Source: Sphyrna mokarran (lineage: Eukaryota). From it: 64,000 nucleotides of DNA. Positions within the stretch are counted from its first letter, which is position 1. Each line of letters opens with the position of its first letter. The notes under the pieces were generated by a model. That model did not search any database. It was not told the origin of the DNA and was given only the letters and a program-made list of their open reading frames with translations. Below, piece by piece: positions 52,061 through 63,184 of this stretch. Both the position numbers and the translations under genes were made by a program. The stretch lies in the NCBI GenBank assembly GCA_024679065.1, contig JAGIQG010000002.1, positions 71,424,001 to 71,488,000 on the forward strand. The letters run 5' to 3'.

Positions 52061-53418
52061 TTAAGTGATGCTAGCCATTCATGATATTGGCCCCTGCTAC
52101 TGTATCAAGGTAATCAGCAATAGGGTGGGAATCGCTGGCCATTCATGCGGGCAGAATTCTCTGGTCTCGCTGCAGTGAATGGAGGTATGGCTGAGCACCA
52201 AATTCTCCATCCTTGCTGGCAGTGGCAGCGGGGCATGATCAGGCAGAGAATTCGGCCAGTTTGTGTTGCCTGGGTGAAGAAAAATTGAAATGAGCAGGGA
52301 GCACAAAGATGGCATGTTGCCTGCATTGCAATCAATAGATATAAATTGTCATGAAGCCTGCATCCATTTTCAGATGCAATTAAATTTCATCATCAGTCCA
52401 CCAACATATATTACTGATATTACTTTGTTTTGTATATTACTGCTAGTCTGGTACTGCACATTAATGGTATGAAAAAATGATCTATAAATGCTAAATTAGG
52501 TTAGTTTGTGTTATGTGACTTCCATGGAAGTTATTGTCCATGGTGGTAGGTCTGGAAGAGTGACATAATAGAATGTGGGTAGACAGGTACGATACTGGCA
52601 GAGTAACTGTCCAGGCATTGATGCCTAATCTACAATAAGCAGGTCCACTCTGATGGCATTGAATTGATTTGAATGGAGGTTTTAACAACTTCTCCAATTA
52701 CTTTAGTCTTCATTAGCATTAGCAAAAACGTTGCTTCTGCAGACTTTGATAAAACACAGAAACACAAGGGTTGAATCTTTCATCCGTTGGGCACATGCAC
52801 TTGGTAAACAATTATAATCATTCTCAGAGTGTGATTTCAGGCCTGCTGGCCAGTTTATGGCCAGTCATTGTAAAATGTGCACTCTGACAGGCTGAGCACT
52901 GCAAGGGAGGACAGGAAAAGAGTGGGTGCTGAGAACAGTGACAGTGCAAAAGGGCATTTCCAACAAGCATCCTGAAGTTTGACAGTTGCCTCAGGACCCA
53001 GTGACATTTGCACCAAAACCTCTCTCCATATTACAGAAACAAGCAACTGGTAACATAACACATAACACCTCAACCCTCAGACATTTTTTTTATCTCAGAT
53101 ATTTAATCTCATCCTGAATTGGGAATGGTGAAAAAACATGAATACCATGTGAGTCACATAACATTAGGGTCAATGGCATGCTTATTGGACTTAGTTGCCC
53201 TTTCACCTGTCAGTGACCACGTCCAATTCTTGTGTGTAACCATCGATTGAAATATTGCACCAGTACGTTAGGACATTTGTCTAACTTTTTACCGTGCAAG
53301 TTGAGAATGGATACCTACCCACTCAAGCTCTGTCAAAATTCTGGCCACAGTAAATTCTAGTATAAGAAGAACACAAAAAAGGCAAACTGTTAATATTTGC
53401 AATTTTATTTCTTCATAG

Positions 53419-53472
53419 GGACCCATTGGTGCAAATGGTCCCCCAGGCTTCCCAGGCAGCCCTGGATTCAAG
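53419..53472 (+). CDS. COL1A2: COL1A2 exon 16 (54 nt)
   Basis: GPIGANGPPGFPGSPGFK (Lys174); ag/gtaatt. Confidence 0.95.
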
Positions 53473-54717
53473 GTAATTTTTTTAATGACAAAAAGTGAAT
53501 GCAATACAATATTACCGCATTGAATAGGTGAATACCATAATATCATTTTTTAAAAAATCATTTTGTGGTTTGGAATATCCTTGTTTTTCTATCATCCTTT
53601 ATCTCAAACCATTCAGAACGCTCTCAATAAGTTGTTTGCCAATTAACTGCAGCCTGCCAATGTTTATTAAAAGCATAATTTAAAAATGTTTAAAGTCTAA
53701 CAATGATTTCCATTCACAAACCCTAGTTGTAACACTGGTGTTTCAGCCACAATTGTTCAGTTGTTCGAACATAATTCTACACAGACCAAACAGTTAACTT
53801 TTTGTTACATAGATGTCAAACTTATTGTATTCAATATTGTATCAAAGTAAACATGTATAACCTTGATAAATTACAGAATTACTGCAACTTTCCAAACTGT
53901 AGGTAAAGCATCACAATTAAGAATAACCACTGAGTTAATTTTATCTTTATGATAGCCATGTAGGAACTATTTTGAGTTAGGTTCCCACAAACGTAAGGGT
54001 ATGATAGTTGATAGCTGTAACGAGGCACCTATTTATGAATTGGATTTCTTCACTGTAACCTATTAATTGTAATGCTTCAAATATCACAGCAGTTCAGAAA
54101 CCTAATGCTACTAAAGGCACAAAACTCAAGTTTACAATATTTCCCAGAAAACAAAGGCAGGCAGAAATAACTAAAATTATGCAGAGCTTTTAACAACTAA
54201 GTTAATTTCATAACTGTCTTAAGACATTCTGCCTATAAGAAGAATGTTGCATCAGTAACTTATTTCAGACAGTAAAATAATATACCATCAAAATAAGCTT
54301 ATCGATTATTTAATGAAGTCTCCATAAAATGGTGATTTTCCAAGACTGTGAAAGTCATGCTTTGGTCTTGTTCTGTTATCACCTTAGTCAAGAAAGTGAA
54401 TATATTATTTATTTGTGGGTATGAAAAAAATTAAAAGTAATCTGTTTCCTTCTATTCTCAATAGCAACCTATAATTAGACCCAACAAATTGATCATTATA
54501 TTAATATAGTATTAATTTATATCACCAAGTAAAGTCAAAAGCACATCTACTTTATAATTAGATTAGGTTCTGGAACAGAATAACAATCATTCAGCTGTAC
54601 AAAAAAATCATCAATTTGGTGATTAAAAACCTTAAAAGGGTCTTCAAATACTGAATGTAAATAAAAACAGTAAAGTTACAAGTTATTTATTCTAGCACCA
54701 AAAGATGTTGAATTAAG

Positions 54718-55035
54718 TGCGGCACAGTGGCGCAGTGATTGACACTGCTGCCTCACAGCGTCAAGGACCTGGGTTCAATTCTGGCCTTGGTCACTCTCTG
54801 TGTGGAATCTGTGCATTCTCCCCATGTCTGTATGGGTTTCTTCTGGGTGCTCCAAAGTCCAAAGATGTGCAGGTTAGGTGCATTGGCAATGCTAAATTGT
54901 TCCTTAGTGTCCTAAGATGTGTAAGTTAGGGTGGATTAGAAGGGTAAATATGTGCAGGATGGGATCCTCCATTAGAAAGCCGGTACAGACTAGATGGGCT
55001 GAAAGACCAGCTTCTGCACAACAGGGAATCGATGA
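54718..55035 (+). mobile_element. HE1/V-SINE in intron 16
   Basis: ggcacagtggcgcagtg..ctgcctcacagcgtcaaggacctgggttcaattc..aaagatgtgcaggttagg. Confidence 0.85.
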
Positions 55036-55361
55036 TTTTTGTGATAAATGTCCATTTTTCATTATCCATTAAAATTATTCAATGGTATTTAATTATTGTT
55101 AGATAGGATCTGTTGCAGCAACAATTCAATTTGTTTTAACATCCTCATGAAAACAATAGACCTAAAAAGAATTTGAACTTAAATAGTGCATCACCAAACC
55201 AAATTAGACATTTACCAGTCTGTAATTTTGAGTGTTTGTTCTAGATGTGTTTAATTGTATATTAATGAGCTTTTAACACCTTAATAAGTGCAGCATAAGT
55301 GTGGTAACAACCTATATTGAATATATAAGTTGATCTTTTTTTTAACTTCCTTATAACATAG

Positions 55362-55460
55362 GGTGAAGTTGGACCAGCCGGTGCTCGTGGTCCATCTGGT
55401 GCTCAGGGCGCTAGAGGTGAGCCAGGTGCTGTAGGTCCAGTTGGACCAGTGGGTCTTCCC
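55362..55460 (+). CDS. COL1A2: COL1A2 exon 17 (99 nt)
   Basis: GEVGPAGARGPSGAQGARGEPGAVGPVGPVGLP; ag/gtaagt. Confidence 0.95.
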
Positions 55461-55558
55461 GTAAGTAGTTTTAGTAACAATATCATTACTACCTCTTGAG
55501 ATATGATTTTATCTAACTGGATAAATTGTACCTATAATATTCATTATTCTAATCCTAG

Positions 55559-55603
55559 GGTAATGCTGGTGCAAATGGTCTTACCGGAGCAAAGGGTGCC
55601 ATG
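55559..55603 (+). CDS. COL1A2: COL1A2 exon 18 (45 nt)
   Basis: GNAGANGLTGAKGAM; ag/gtgagt. Confidence 0.95.
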
Positions 55604-55714
55604 GTGAGTACACATGACTCACCCATTTAGTACTTTCTTGAACAATCTCATTGATAAATCTACTTTCATTTTAAAATAACAAATGTTTGTCTTGTGTCTT
55701 TTTTTGAAACAAAG

Positions 55715-55813
55715 GGTGCTCCAGGTATTGGTGGTGCCCCTGGTTTCCCAGGACCACGTGGTCTCGCTGGCGCACCTGGAGCAAGCGGTCCTGCAGGTCT
55801 TCGCGGTCTCAGT
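55715..55813 (+). CDS. COL1A2: COL1A2 exon 19 (99 nt)
   Basis: GAPGIGGAPGFPGPRGLAGAPGASGPAGLRGLS; aag/gtgagt. Confidence 0.95.
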
Positions 55814-55946
55814 GTGAGTAACAAGTATAATCCTATAGTGAGGCAATTACTAGAAATAACTCATTCTTTGATTACAATAATGGCATTTTATTAAAGTTAT
55901 GAGTAAAATTCTAAGAAGATTTTCCTTTCCTAAACTCACCATACAG

Positions 55947-56000
55947 GGTGATCCAGGCATTCAAGGTATCAAGGGTGAGACTGGTGCCAAAGGCGAGCGT
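55947..56000 (+). CDS. COL1A2: COL1A2 exon 20 (54 nt)
   Basis: GDPGIQGIKGETGAKGER; ag/gtaagt. Confidence 0.95.
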
Positions 56001-56109
56001 GTAAGTACTTTGTAATAAATATGCATTTTATATTTTAATTGTGTAATTTATTTCCTATTTTTGATTACCCATTGCCCATGTCCTCACCTTTTTTCTGCTC
56101 CAAAACCAG

Positions 56110-56217
56110 GGTGATGTTGGCCCAGCAGGTGCCCCTGGTTCAGCTGGTGAAGAAGGAAAGAAAGGTCAACGTGGAGAACCTGGTTCTCAGGGACTTCCTG
56201 GAGTTGCAGGTGAAAGG
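56110..56217 (+). CDS. COL1A2: COL1A2 exon 21 (108 nt)
   Basis: [36 protein letters not shown]; ag/gtaaga. Confidence 0.95.
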
Positions 56218-56749
56218 GTAAGATGAACTTTATATCCTAAAAATTACATCGACACATGATTTAAGTAAATGTAGAGATCTTCACCTTTAAAACAATAAGT
56301 CATGGTAATTCTGAAACGATGAAATAAACTAATGAAATGCTTATATTTATTGCTTACAGTTATAAAGTCCTAGTACCCTGGCTATGATCTAATGAATGTC
56401 AGATTATTAAAAGATTTTGCATACACATAAATTAATTTGTGTCTGAATACAGTTGATAATTAGAACATATTTGGATATTTTAAACAAATTTCAATAAGCT
56501 GATCACAGGAATTTTAGTGGAACGATCCTCTACACACAAACTAGACATAATAGTTTTGACATCATAATTTAGTCTATTTACTTCATAATAATTCTATATA
56601 TATTAACAGTACAGTAAATGGAAAAATATTAATTTTAAGTTACCACTCTTTAACAGTAAGTTTAACTCATTCACAGTACATTCCCAATTCATTAAATTCT
56701 CTTTAATTAAGAGATAACTTTTCAACTTTTTCTCTCATTTCATTTGCAG

Positions 56750-56803
56750 GGTTCCCCTGGTCCCCGAGGTATCCCAGGTCGTGATGGACCAGTTGGCGGC
56801 ATG
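56750..56803 (+). CDS. COL1A2: COL1A2 exon 22 (54 nt)
   Basis: GSPGPRGIPGRDGPVGGM; ag/gt. Confidence 0.95.
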
Positions 56804-56967
56804 GTACATTTTGCTTTGTTATGCTTCATGCATTGAGTAAAAAATGAGAAACCTGTTTTTTATTTTTAAGGAATAGTGAGATTTTCTTTATTAGATGATT
56901 AGAATGGTTCATTTGATTGATGCTATCATTCAAAATGATGCTACCTTATTTTGTAATTCATTTCCAG

Positions 56968-57066
56968 GGTGCACCTGGCAGACGTGGTGAAGCTGGTCCT
57001 GCTGGTGCCAAAGGACCTCCTGGTGACGTTGGACGCCCTGGTGAAAGTGGTATGCATGGTGCTCGG
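56968..57066 (+). CDS. COL1A2: COL1A2 exon 23 (99 nt)
   Basis: GAPGRRGEAGPAGAKGPPGDVGRPGESGMHGAR; ag/gtgagt. Confidence 0.95.
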
Positions 57067-57748
57067 GTGAGTGAAATTGAAATAGACATAGATGTACAGC
57101 AAAGACATAGATGTACAGCATGGAATTAAACAGCATGGAATTAAACATTTCTTGAATGATATTTATCATTTCTTCATATACTTTTAGATTTATTTCTCAC
57201 TTAGATATACCCCCATAGTTTTTTAAATGCTAATTAATTGTAAATGACATTTTAGTAGAAACTCCCAGAATTAAGTTGTAGACAATAGAATCTTTTATAA
57301 AAAGTACCATGTAACTTACACATTTTAACCTACCTCCTGATCTTGTAAAAATAAATTTGTCCTCAAAAGAATGTATTTTCACTGATTTTGTTTTTCTTAT
57401 TTCTTACCTTGGATATGGGCCGGATTTTACTGTCAGGGTGGGCGAGGCTCACAGAACGGAATTCTCCATTGGCCTCAGGCTGGATTCCACGAGCCTCGTC
57501 CGAGTGAGGTCATAAAATTTGCATATGATGTTCCATTGGTTTTTCTAAGATTTGAGCGCTGTTAGAAGCAACAAACTTTATTTGGACAAATGTGATTGTT
57601 ATCTCTCCCAATTAAAGTTGATCTTTGAGAGTTTTTAAAAGAGTTTGCACAATGAAGTAAGTGTCATTGAAAATATAAAATAAAGTATCTTTGCTGTATA
57701 CACAATGGAATGGGATCTAAAATTGTTTTGCCTCCTCAACATTTATAG

Positions 57749-57802
57749 GGTCATACTGGACAACCTGGTAGACCTGGCGCTGTGGGAAATCAAGGTGTTG
57801 CA
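57749..57802 (+). CDS. COL1A2: COL1A2 exon 24A (54 nt, candidate mutually exclusive exon)
   Basis: atttatag|GHTGQPGRPGAVGNQGVA|gtaagt; six intact Gly-X-Y triplets. Confidence 0.8.
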
Positions 57803-57842
57803 GTAAGTTTTCTCACCTTACAGTAATGTGTTACTTTTTCAG

Positions 57843-57896
57843 GGTCTCGTAGGTAGTGCTGGCATTATAGGTGCTCCAGGCAAATCAGGTCCTGCT
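57843..57896 (+). CDS. COL1A2: COL1A2 exon 24B (54 nt, candidate mutually exclusive exon)
   Basis: actttttcag|GLVGSAGIIGAPGKSGPA|gtaagt; six intact triplets, closer to the mammalian exon 24 (GLPGSPGNIGPAGKEGPV, recalled). Confidence 0.85.
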
Positions 57897-59108
57897 GTAA
57901 GTTGTTTTTGAGGTTTTCTGCTCCCCATTCTTGACAGCTTATTCAATCTAAAAGTAGGTTTGAATCAAGCATGGCAAATTGCATGGGGGTATTAAATGAC
58001 ATATATTGCAGAACATCTAAAAATGAAAAGGCTTCAATTGTTAGGTTTTGCTAACGTCTAAAGTAACAACTCTTTTAATTAAGAAGCAATTGAAATAATT
58101 TATTAATATAGGTACAGTAACTGCAAACACTGCGCCATTTAGTGATACTAACAATTACTTATTTACGATGCAATAATATTGCATACTCATTATTAATTAA
58201 CAAAAGCTATGTCCAGTAACCTGAAATAATGTTTTCTTTCCATATTGTAATTGAAATTCCTCCCCCACACACAAAACCTGTATTTCACGATTAATTCAAA
58301 TATATAATTATGGTAATCGATTACCCAATTCATATACTTATTTTAAAAATACATGTTTAGGCATAATACATATATGATGTTGTGGAATTCAAAATAGTCT
58401 CTTAAGTACAACATTGCAATTGCATATGTATGAGAAGTCACACAAGGAATTCAGTGCATTAAAACAATATTTGGCTACATAAAAGACAAAAAGTCAGAAT
58501 AACCTGCTTGAGAAAGAAAAACTGTCCATATGGAAACATTTTGAACGTCAGATTAGAACCCTATTATGCACTGAGCACAAAGAATTCTGAATATATTAAG
58601 AACATCGGCCATCTCAGTACAATTATAGCAGTCGATTTTGATTTGGTTGCTGTTTTATGTGTTACTGTCAAGTGATCATTAGAATATTATTAAGATTATA
58701 ATATCCTGATTTAAATACCAGCTCCTCAGACCAACACATGGACCAGATTAAAGGTATATATCCTACTATAATTCATGTATCACTGAATATATTATAGGAG
58801 TAATAGTAATTCTCAGTTGTGTTCCCCAGACTACAATTCTCTTCAAAATAGAATGTCATCCTTAGAATACTAAAGCGTACTAATGTGTTAGATTTGTGCA
58901 TTGTATCTATGCCAACTACTATGAAATTACAAATGAATAACTCATGCGGAATATTTACTCAAATGTTTTTGCAATAAGTAATAACATGCATGGAAGTAAA
59001 ATAATAAACCAAAACACAATTAATTGACAATTGACAATTAATATACGAAAATAATCTCCAGTAACTTGTGAAGAGCATTGTTTCATTCTCTAAGATTGTA
59101 CATTTTAG

Positions 59109-59207
59109 GGCCCAGCTGGTGAAGAAGGTCGCACTGGTCCCCCTGGTCCTCTTGGCCCAAGAGGTCAAGCTGGTATGATGGGCTTCCCTGGTCCAAAGGG
59201 TGCTGCT
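59109..59207 (+). CDS. COL1A2: COL1A2 exon 25 (99 nt)
   Basis: [33 protein letters not shown]; ag/gtaagt. Confidence 0.95.
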
Positions 59208-60233
59208 GTAAGTGACAGTTACATTATTTGTCAGTATTAAATTCTAAATATTCTGTCTTAACATTATCTGAGTAGCCTTTACAGTTGATCTATAAATACC
59301 TTTGTTGCAAACTGAAATTATTTAGATGATTTCTTAAAAACTTTCCTTAAAAGTTTATAATATTTAATGAAATTTAAAAGTATTAATTTATATTGTAGCC
59401 AAATCCTTGGTGTAATCTAAAACCTTTAGCTTAGATGCTTAAAAATAGCTTTAGTTGGATTAGCAATAAGTGATTGGAGGTTGATTCTATGACTAAAGCA
59501 ATGTTTTCTAGCTCCACTGTAGCAAGATCTGCCACAGGGGAGTGGCAGGCCTGCTAAAAGTCCATTGACTTTCAACATGATGGGGAGATCCCTGTGGCAG
59601 GCAAAGCCGGAACTTCCTGGCCATTGTTACTTATTGGCGAGCTAAATGTTTAATGCGCAATTGTTTGGGTTATGGCTGAGTGATTTATCTCTGTTGGTTC
59701 TAGCATTTTAACATAACTAAAACCAGCTCCTGAAACTGAATGGCAAAATTGACAGCCTAGGCAATATAGATCCAGAGAACTAACTGTCATTGTCTCAGAG
59801 CCAGAAGTTTGAAACGTGGAAAGCAGCTTTAACATCGATTGCACAAGCTCTGCCATATATTGGCTGGAATTTTCTACCTGCTGGAATTAGTGGGACCTTC
59901 TGATTCCACTGACAGTGAACCCCAACGATGCCAAATCCCTACTGTGGGAAATCCTGTTGACAACGAAGGAAACCCCACCGCCGGATAATATCAGGTCACC
60001 TCTGCCATTGGGAAATACACCGTAGCAGGTGCAAAAATTCCTATCCATTGTCTGGTATTAAGCCCCCACATTTTGGTTCAGAAATAGATCCTATTTGTCA
60101 AGTTAAATAAAATATAAGTTCATTTGAATTAATTTAGATGCATTCAAACAAGATTTTTCAAAATTCCAAAGATTAAAAAACTTGTAATGGGATCATAACT
60201 TATTCTTATTAATATATATGTTTTGTTTCCCAG

Positions 60234-60287
60234 GGTGTACCTGGCAAACCTGGTGAGAGAGGCGCTATTGGTTCTGCTGGTCCAAGG
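60234..60287 (+). CDS. COL1A2: COL1A2 exon 26 (54 nt)
   Basis: GVPGKPGERGAIGSAGPR; ag/gtatgt. Confidence 0.95.
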
Positions 60288-60720
60288 GTATGTTTAATGC
60301 CATTAGTTCTTCTGTATGAATTTGAACAGTATTATTTACATAATTTTCCATATAAAGTAATGGATAATACACTCAAGCTTTAATGGAGCCCCAAATCACC
60401 ACCCACTGGGAGCAAGACAGTAGGGAAATTTACCCAGAGGCAGCATCCTAATTGTCTGTCTCTCTGCTCACCAACTAGTACCATGAATGTCTCCCAGTGC
60501 ACCCAGCACAATCAAAGGGCAAGCATCTGGTGAGCCTGGGCAATCCTACTGGGAAAGGTGAACACTGCTGAGTAACATTGGAGACCATATGGGTGTCTCA
60601 ACTTGGAGGCCAAAATTTTAATGAAAATTTCAGAAGAGCCAAGCCTGTAAGTCTGTTAGAATAGGGTAGAAACCACTCTGGCTAGAATATGTAGCCTTTC
60701 TTGCTGGCAGGCTCTCAGTG

Positions 60721-60796
60721 ATAACCTCGAAAGCTTGTGAGTTCACTATCAAATAAATCAGTTGGACTTAAACCTGGTATTGTCAGACTTCTTACT
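60721..60796 (+). mobile_element. Short Penelope terminal fragment with a probable 12-bp TSD
   Basis: cgaaagcttgtga..caaataaatcagttggacttaaacctggtattgtcagacttcttact, flanked by aggctctcagtg (60709-60720) and aggctgtcagtg (60797-60808). Confidence 0.65.
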
Positions 60797-62591
60797 AGGC
60801 TGTCAGTGGGACATGGGGCCGTTGGATCTGATAGCTCCCAGCCTGCTCCAGGGCAGGTCACCTACATGAAGTTGGTGCCATCCTCAAGTGGCAGAGGGTA
60901 GGGGTGGGGGGGAGGGCTCTGCTATCAGTAGTACAGCAAAATAAGGTTGCCCTATTTGTAAATTGGATACCACGTTCCATTCAGAAGATGGCCAGTGTGA
61001 CCTTGGAAACTTCTCCAACAGAAACACGCATGTACCCACTCCCTGCTATTTTCACAGATTCCCTGTCTCCAAGCCCATCATCACAAGGTGAAAAAAATCT
61101 GCCCAATGTATTTACTTAGGCACTTAAAGTAAGAGTGTGCTTTCATAGATCAATTTAAGTACATTACCCCTAACCCGCACTGGCATGGAAATTTTGCCAT
61201 GAAATACAGCTATTTAAATTTTAATGTGTCTTCTGAAACTCTTTCCTCCACTATCTTAGCAGAAACATCAATTGATTTATTTCAGATTGGTTTATGGCTC
61301 TGCTAACATGATGAACAAGGAATTTCAGACCATTTTATTAGCACTCATATGCAATATTCCATCATATAATTCAAACTGTAGTCCTTTTAGTCTAAAATGG
61401 TTATCTTTGCCTTAGCCTTAGACTATTCAGATAGTCAAAAGATTTTCAAAAACAGGTAACTAGACAATACAACACTGTAAGGACTGAAGTCGACCTTCAA
61501 GAGAAAGGTATTTAAGAAAAAGTATGATAATATCTATTGCAATCAAATGGCAGTTTGATGTTCTTTCAGGCAATCTGGTAAAAACATGCAATGTGCTTAC
61601 GTTTTAGGAGTCCACCCTTCTTCAATTATTCATAGGAATCATGTGCATTATATAGGACCTTAAGGAATAACTGAAAGCAGTTTAGGAGGAAGGCTACCAA
61701 ATTGAACGGGGAATTTCAAATTTGACCATAAATGGATTTTGGAACTTGCAGTGAATCGAGGCCACATGCCTAAAGCCACAATCCTAAGGCCCCTATCATT
61801 CTTATGTCCTGGCGTTATTTGAACTTGCAACAAGTTGTAGGAATAAAATAGGTACAGGTTATAGTTTCTGGACCTCAGAAAATTACCAGCGTCCATAAAG
61901 AGTCATCCTTCTGATTTCACATAACCTGAGAATAAAATATAAATTTCTTGCCCTGTGAACTTTGGTTAGGCCTCTGGATGTCTGGTAGAAATCTAATTAG
62001 TGTGCACACTTCGTCCTCATTTCTATTAGCATTACAGTCAAAATCCTAAAACCCAAGGTTTTGAGTGAGAGAGACTGGACCCCTATTGCAAGAATTGCCT
62101 GAAGGTTGAACCAGGTGGATAGATTATTGTCCAAAATACTCTCCAGGTTTTCCTCTGCTTGTCACTTGTTTCCCGGGCAAGGAAGGCATAGCCACCAATT
62201 GAAAATTCCTCCCCAGTATGAGAGAGAAAGTAATTGTTGTTAATATTTTTGATCGATTGCTCTTCTTAATTAAAGTTCCTTTGAGAATTACACAAAAAAT
62301 AGATCATTTATTACATTTAGAAAAATGCAAAGATCTGTAGATGATTCTCTATTTCTGGAAATGATATAACAACAATTCTTGATTCTTCAACAAATTCAAT
62401 ATTTGAACAGCAGGGCACTGTGCAGGATATAGAATCATAACAGTCTCTTAAAATGGCAGCCACAAAATGTGAGTTAGCTATTTGTTCTGAATTTAAATTT
62501 GCCATGAGGAATAGAGACATGCAATAAGTTATGTTTAGCAATATATGTAATACCACAGACAAAAATTTTTTCTGATCTCTTTGCTTCTCAG

Positions 62592-62645
62592 GGTGCACCA
62601 GGCAAAGATGGTGAGATTGGAGTACAAGGTCCTCCTGGTATTGCT
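62592..62645 (+). CDS. COL1A2: COL1A2 exon 27 (54 nt)
   Basis: GAPGKDGEIGVQGPPGIA; ag/gtaagt. Confidence 0.95.
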
Positions 62646-63130
62646 GTAAGTAAATAATTACAAGCATAACAAATAACTATGCTTTAAAATAGTGCTGTAT
62701 GAATATTAGTTATGAATGTTTAATTCCTTATATTTAGTTCATGCTTCTTTATTCTTAAAATAAGTGGGTCAATGCCTAGATTTAAATAACAGAAAGGAAC
62801 TTGATATTGTACAACATATTAACCTGATTATATACTAATATTAACAGACATTAATTTGAAAACATTAAGTTTTTATATAGGCTGTAATTTGAAATTTTCA
62901 AAATGTTTTCCTCATGCAGTGTTATGCTGGAAGATGTTACATTGCTGCTAAATCAATAAATATATATAATTGACTTACTAAGATTTCATATTAGAAGGTT
63001 TTAAATGCCAATATTACTGCTGAATAAATACATTTATTACTTCTGATTATCATGAATATTATGTTCATAAATTTGACAAGTTAGTTATACTTTTCACTCA
63101 GCAATCAATTTTAATGTGTTTTTTCTTTAG

Positions 63131-63184
63131 GGTCCTGTTGGAGCAAGAGGTGAAACAGGTCCAGCTGGCGGTTCTGGCTTCCAG
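63131..63184 (+). CDS. COL1A2: COL1A2 exon 28 (54 nt); the gene continues beyond the window
   Basis: GPVGARGETGPAGGSGFQ; ag/gtatgt. Confidence 0.95.

Noticed and set aside
57083-57147. Short tandem duplications just after exon 23 (agacatagatgtacagca x2, cagcatggaattaaa x2)
   Set aside because: These look like local slippage duplications, with no evidence of function.
57803-57842. Retention of the 40-nt spacer, making 24A+spacer+24B one long exon
   Set aside because: 40 nt shifts the frame, the spacer contains an in-frame TAA, and it breaks the Gly-X-Y repeat.
57749-57896. The two exons as a recent tandem duplication or assembly stutter
   Set aside because: They share only 2 of 12 X/Y residues, most Gly codons differ and the flanks are dissimilar, so the duplication is not recent or artefactual at sequence level.
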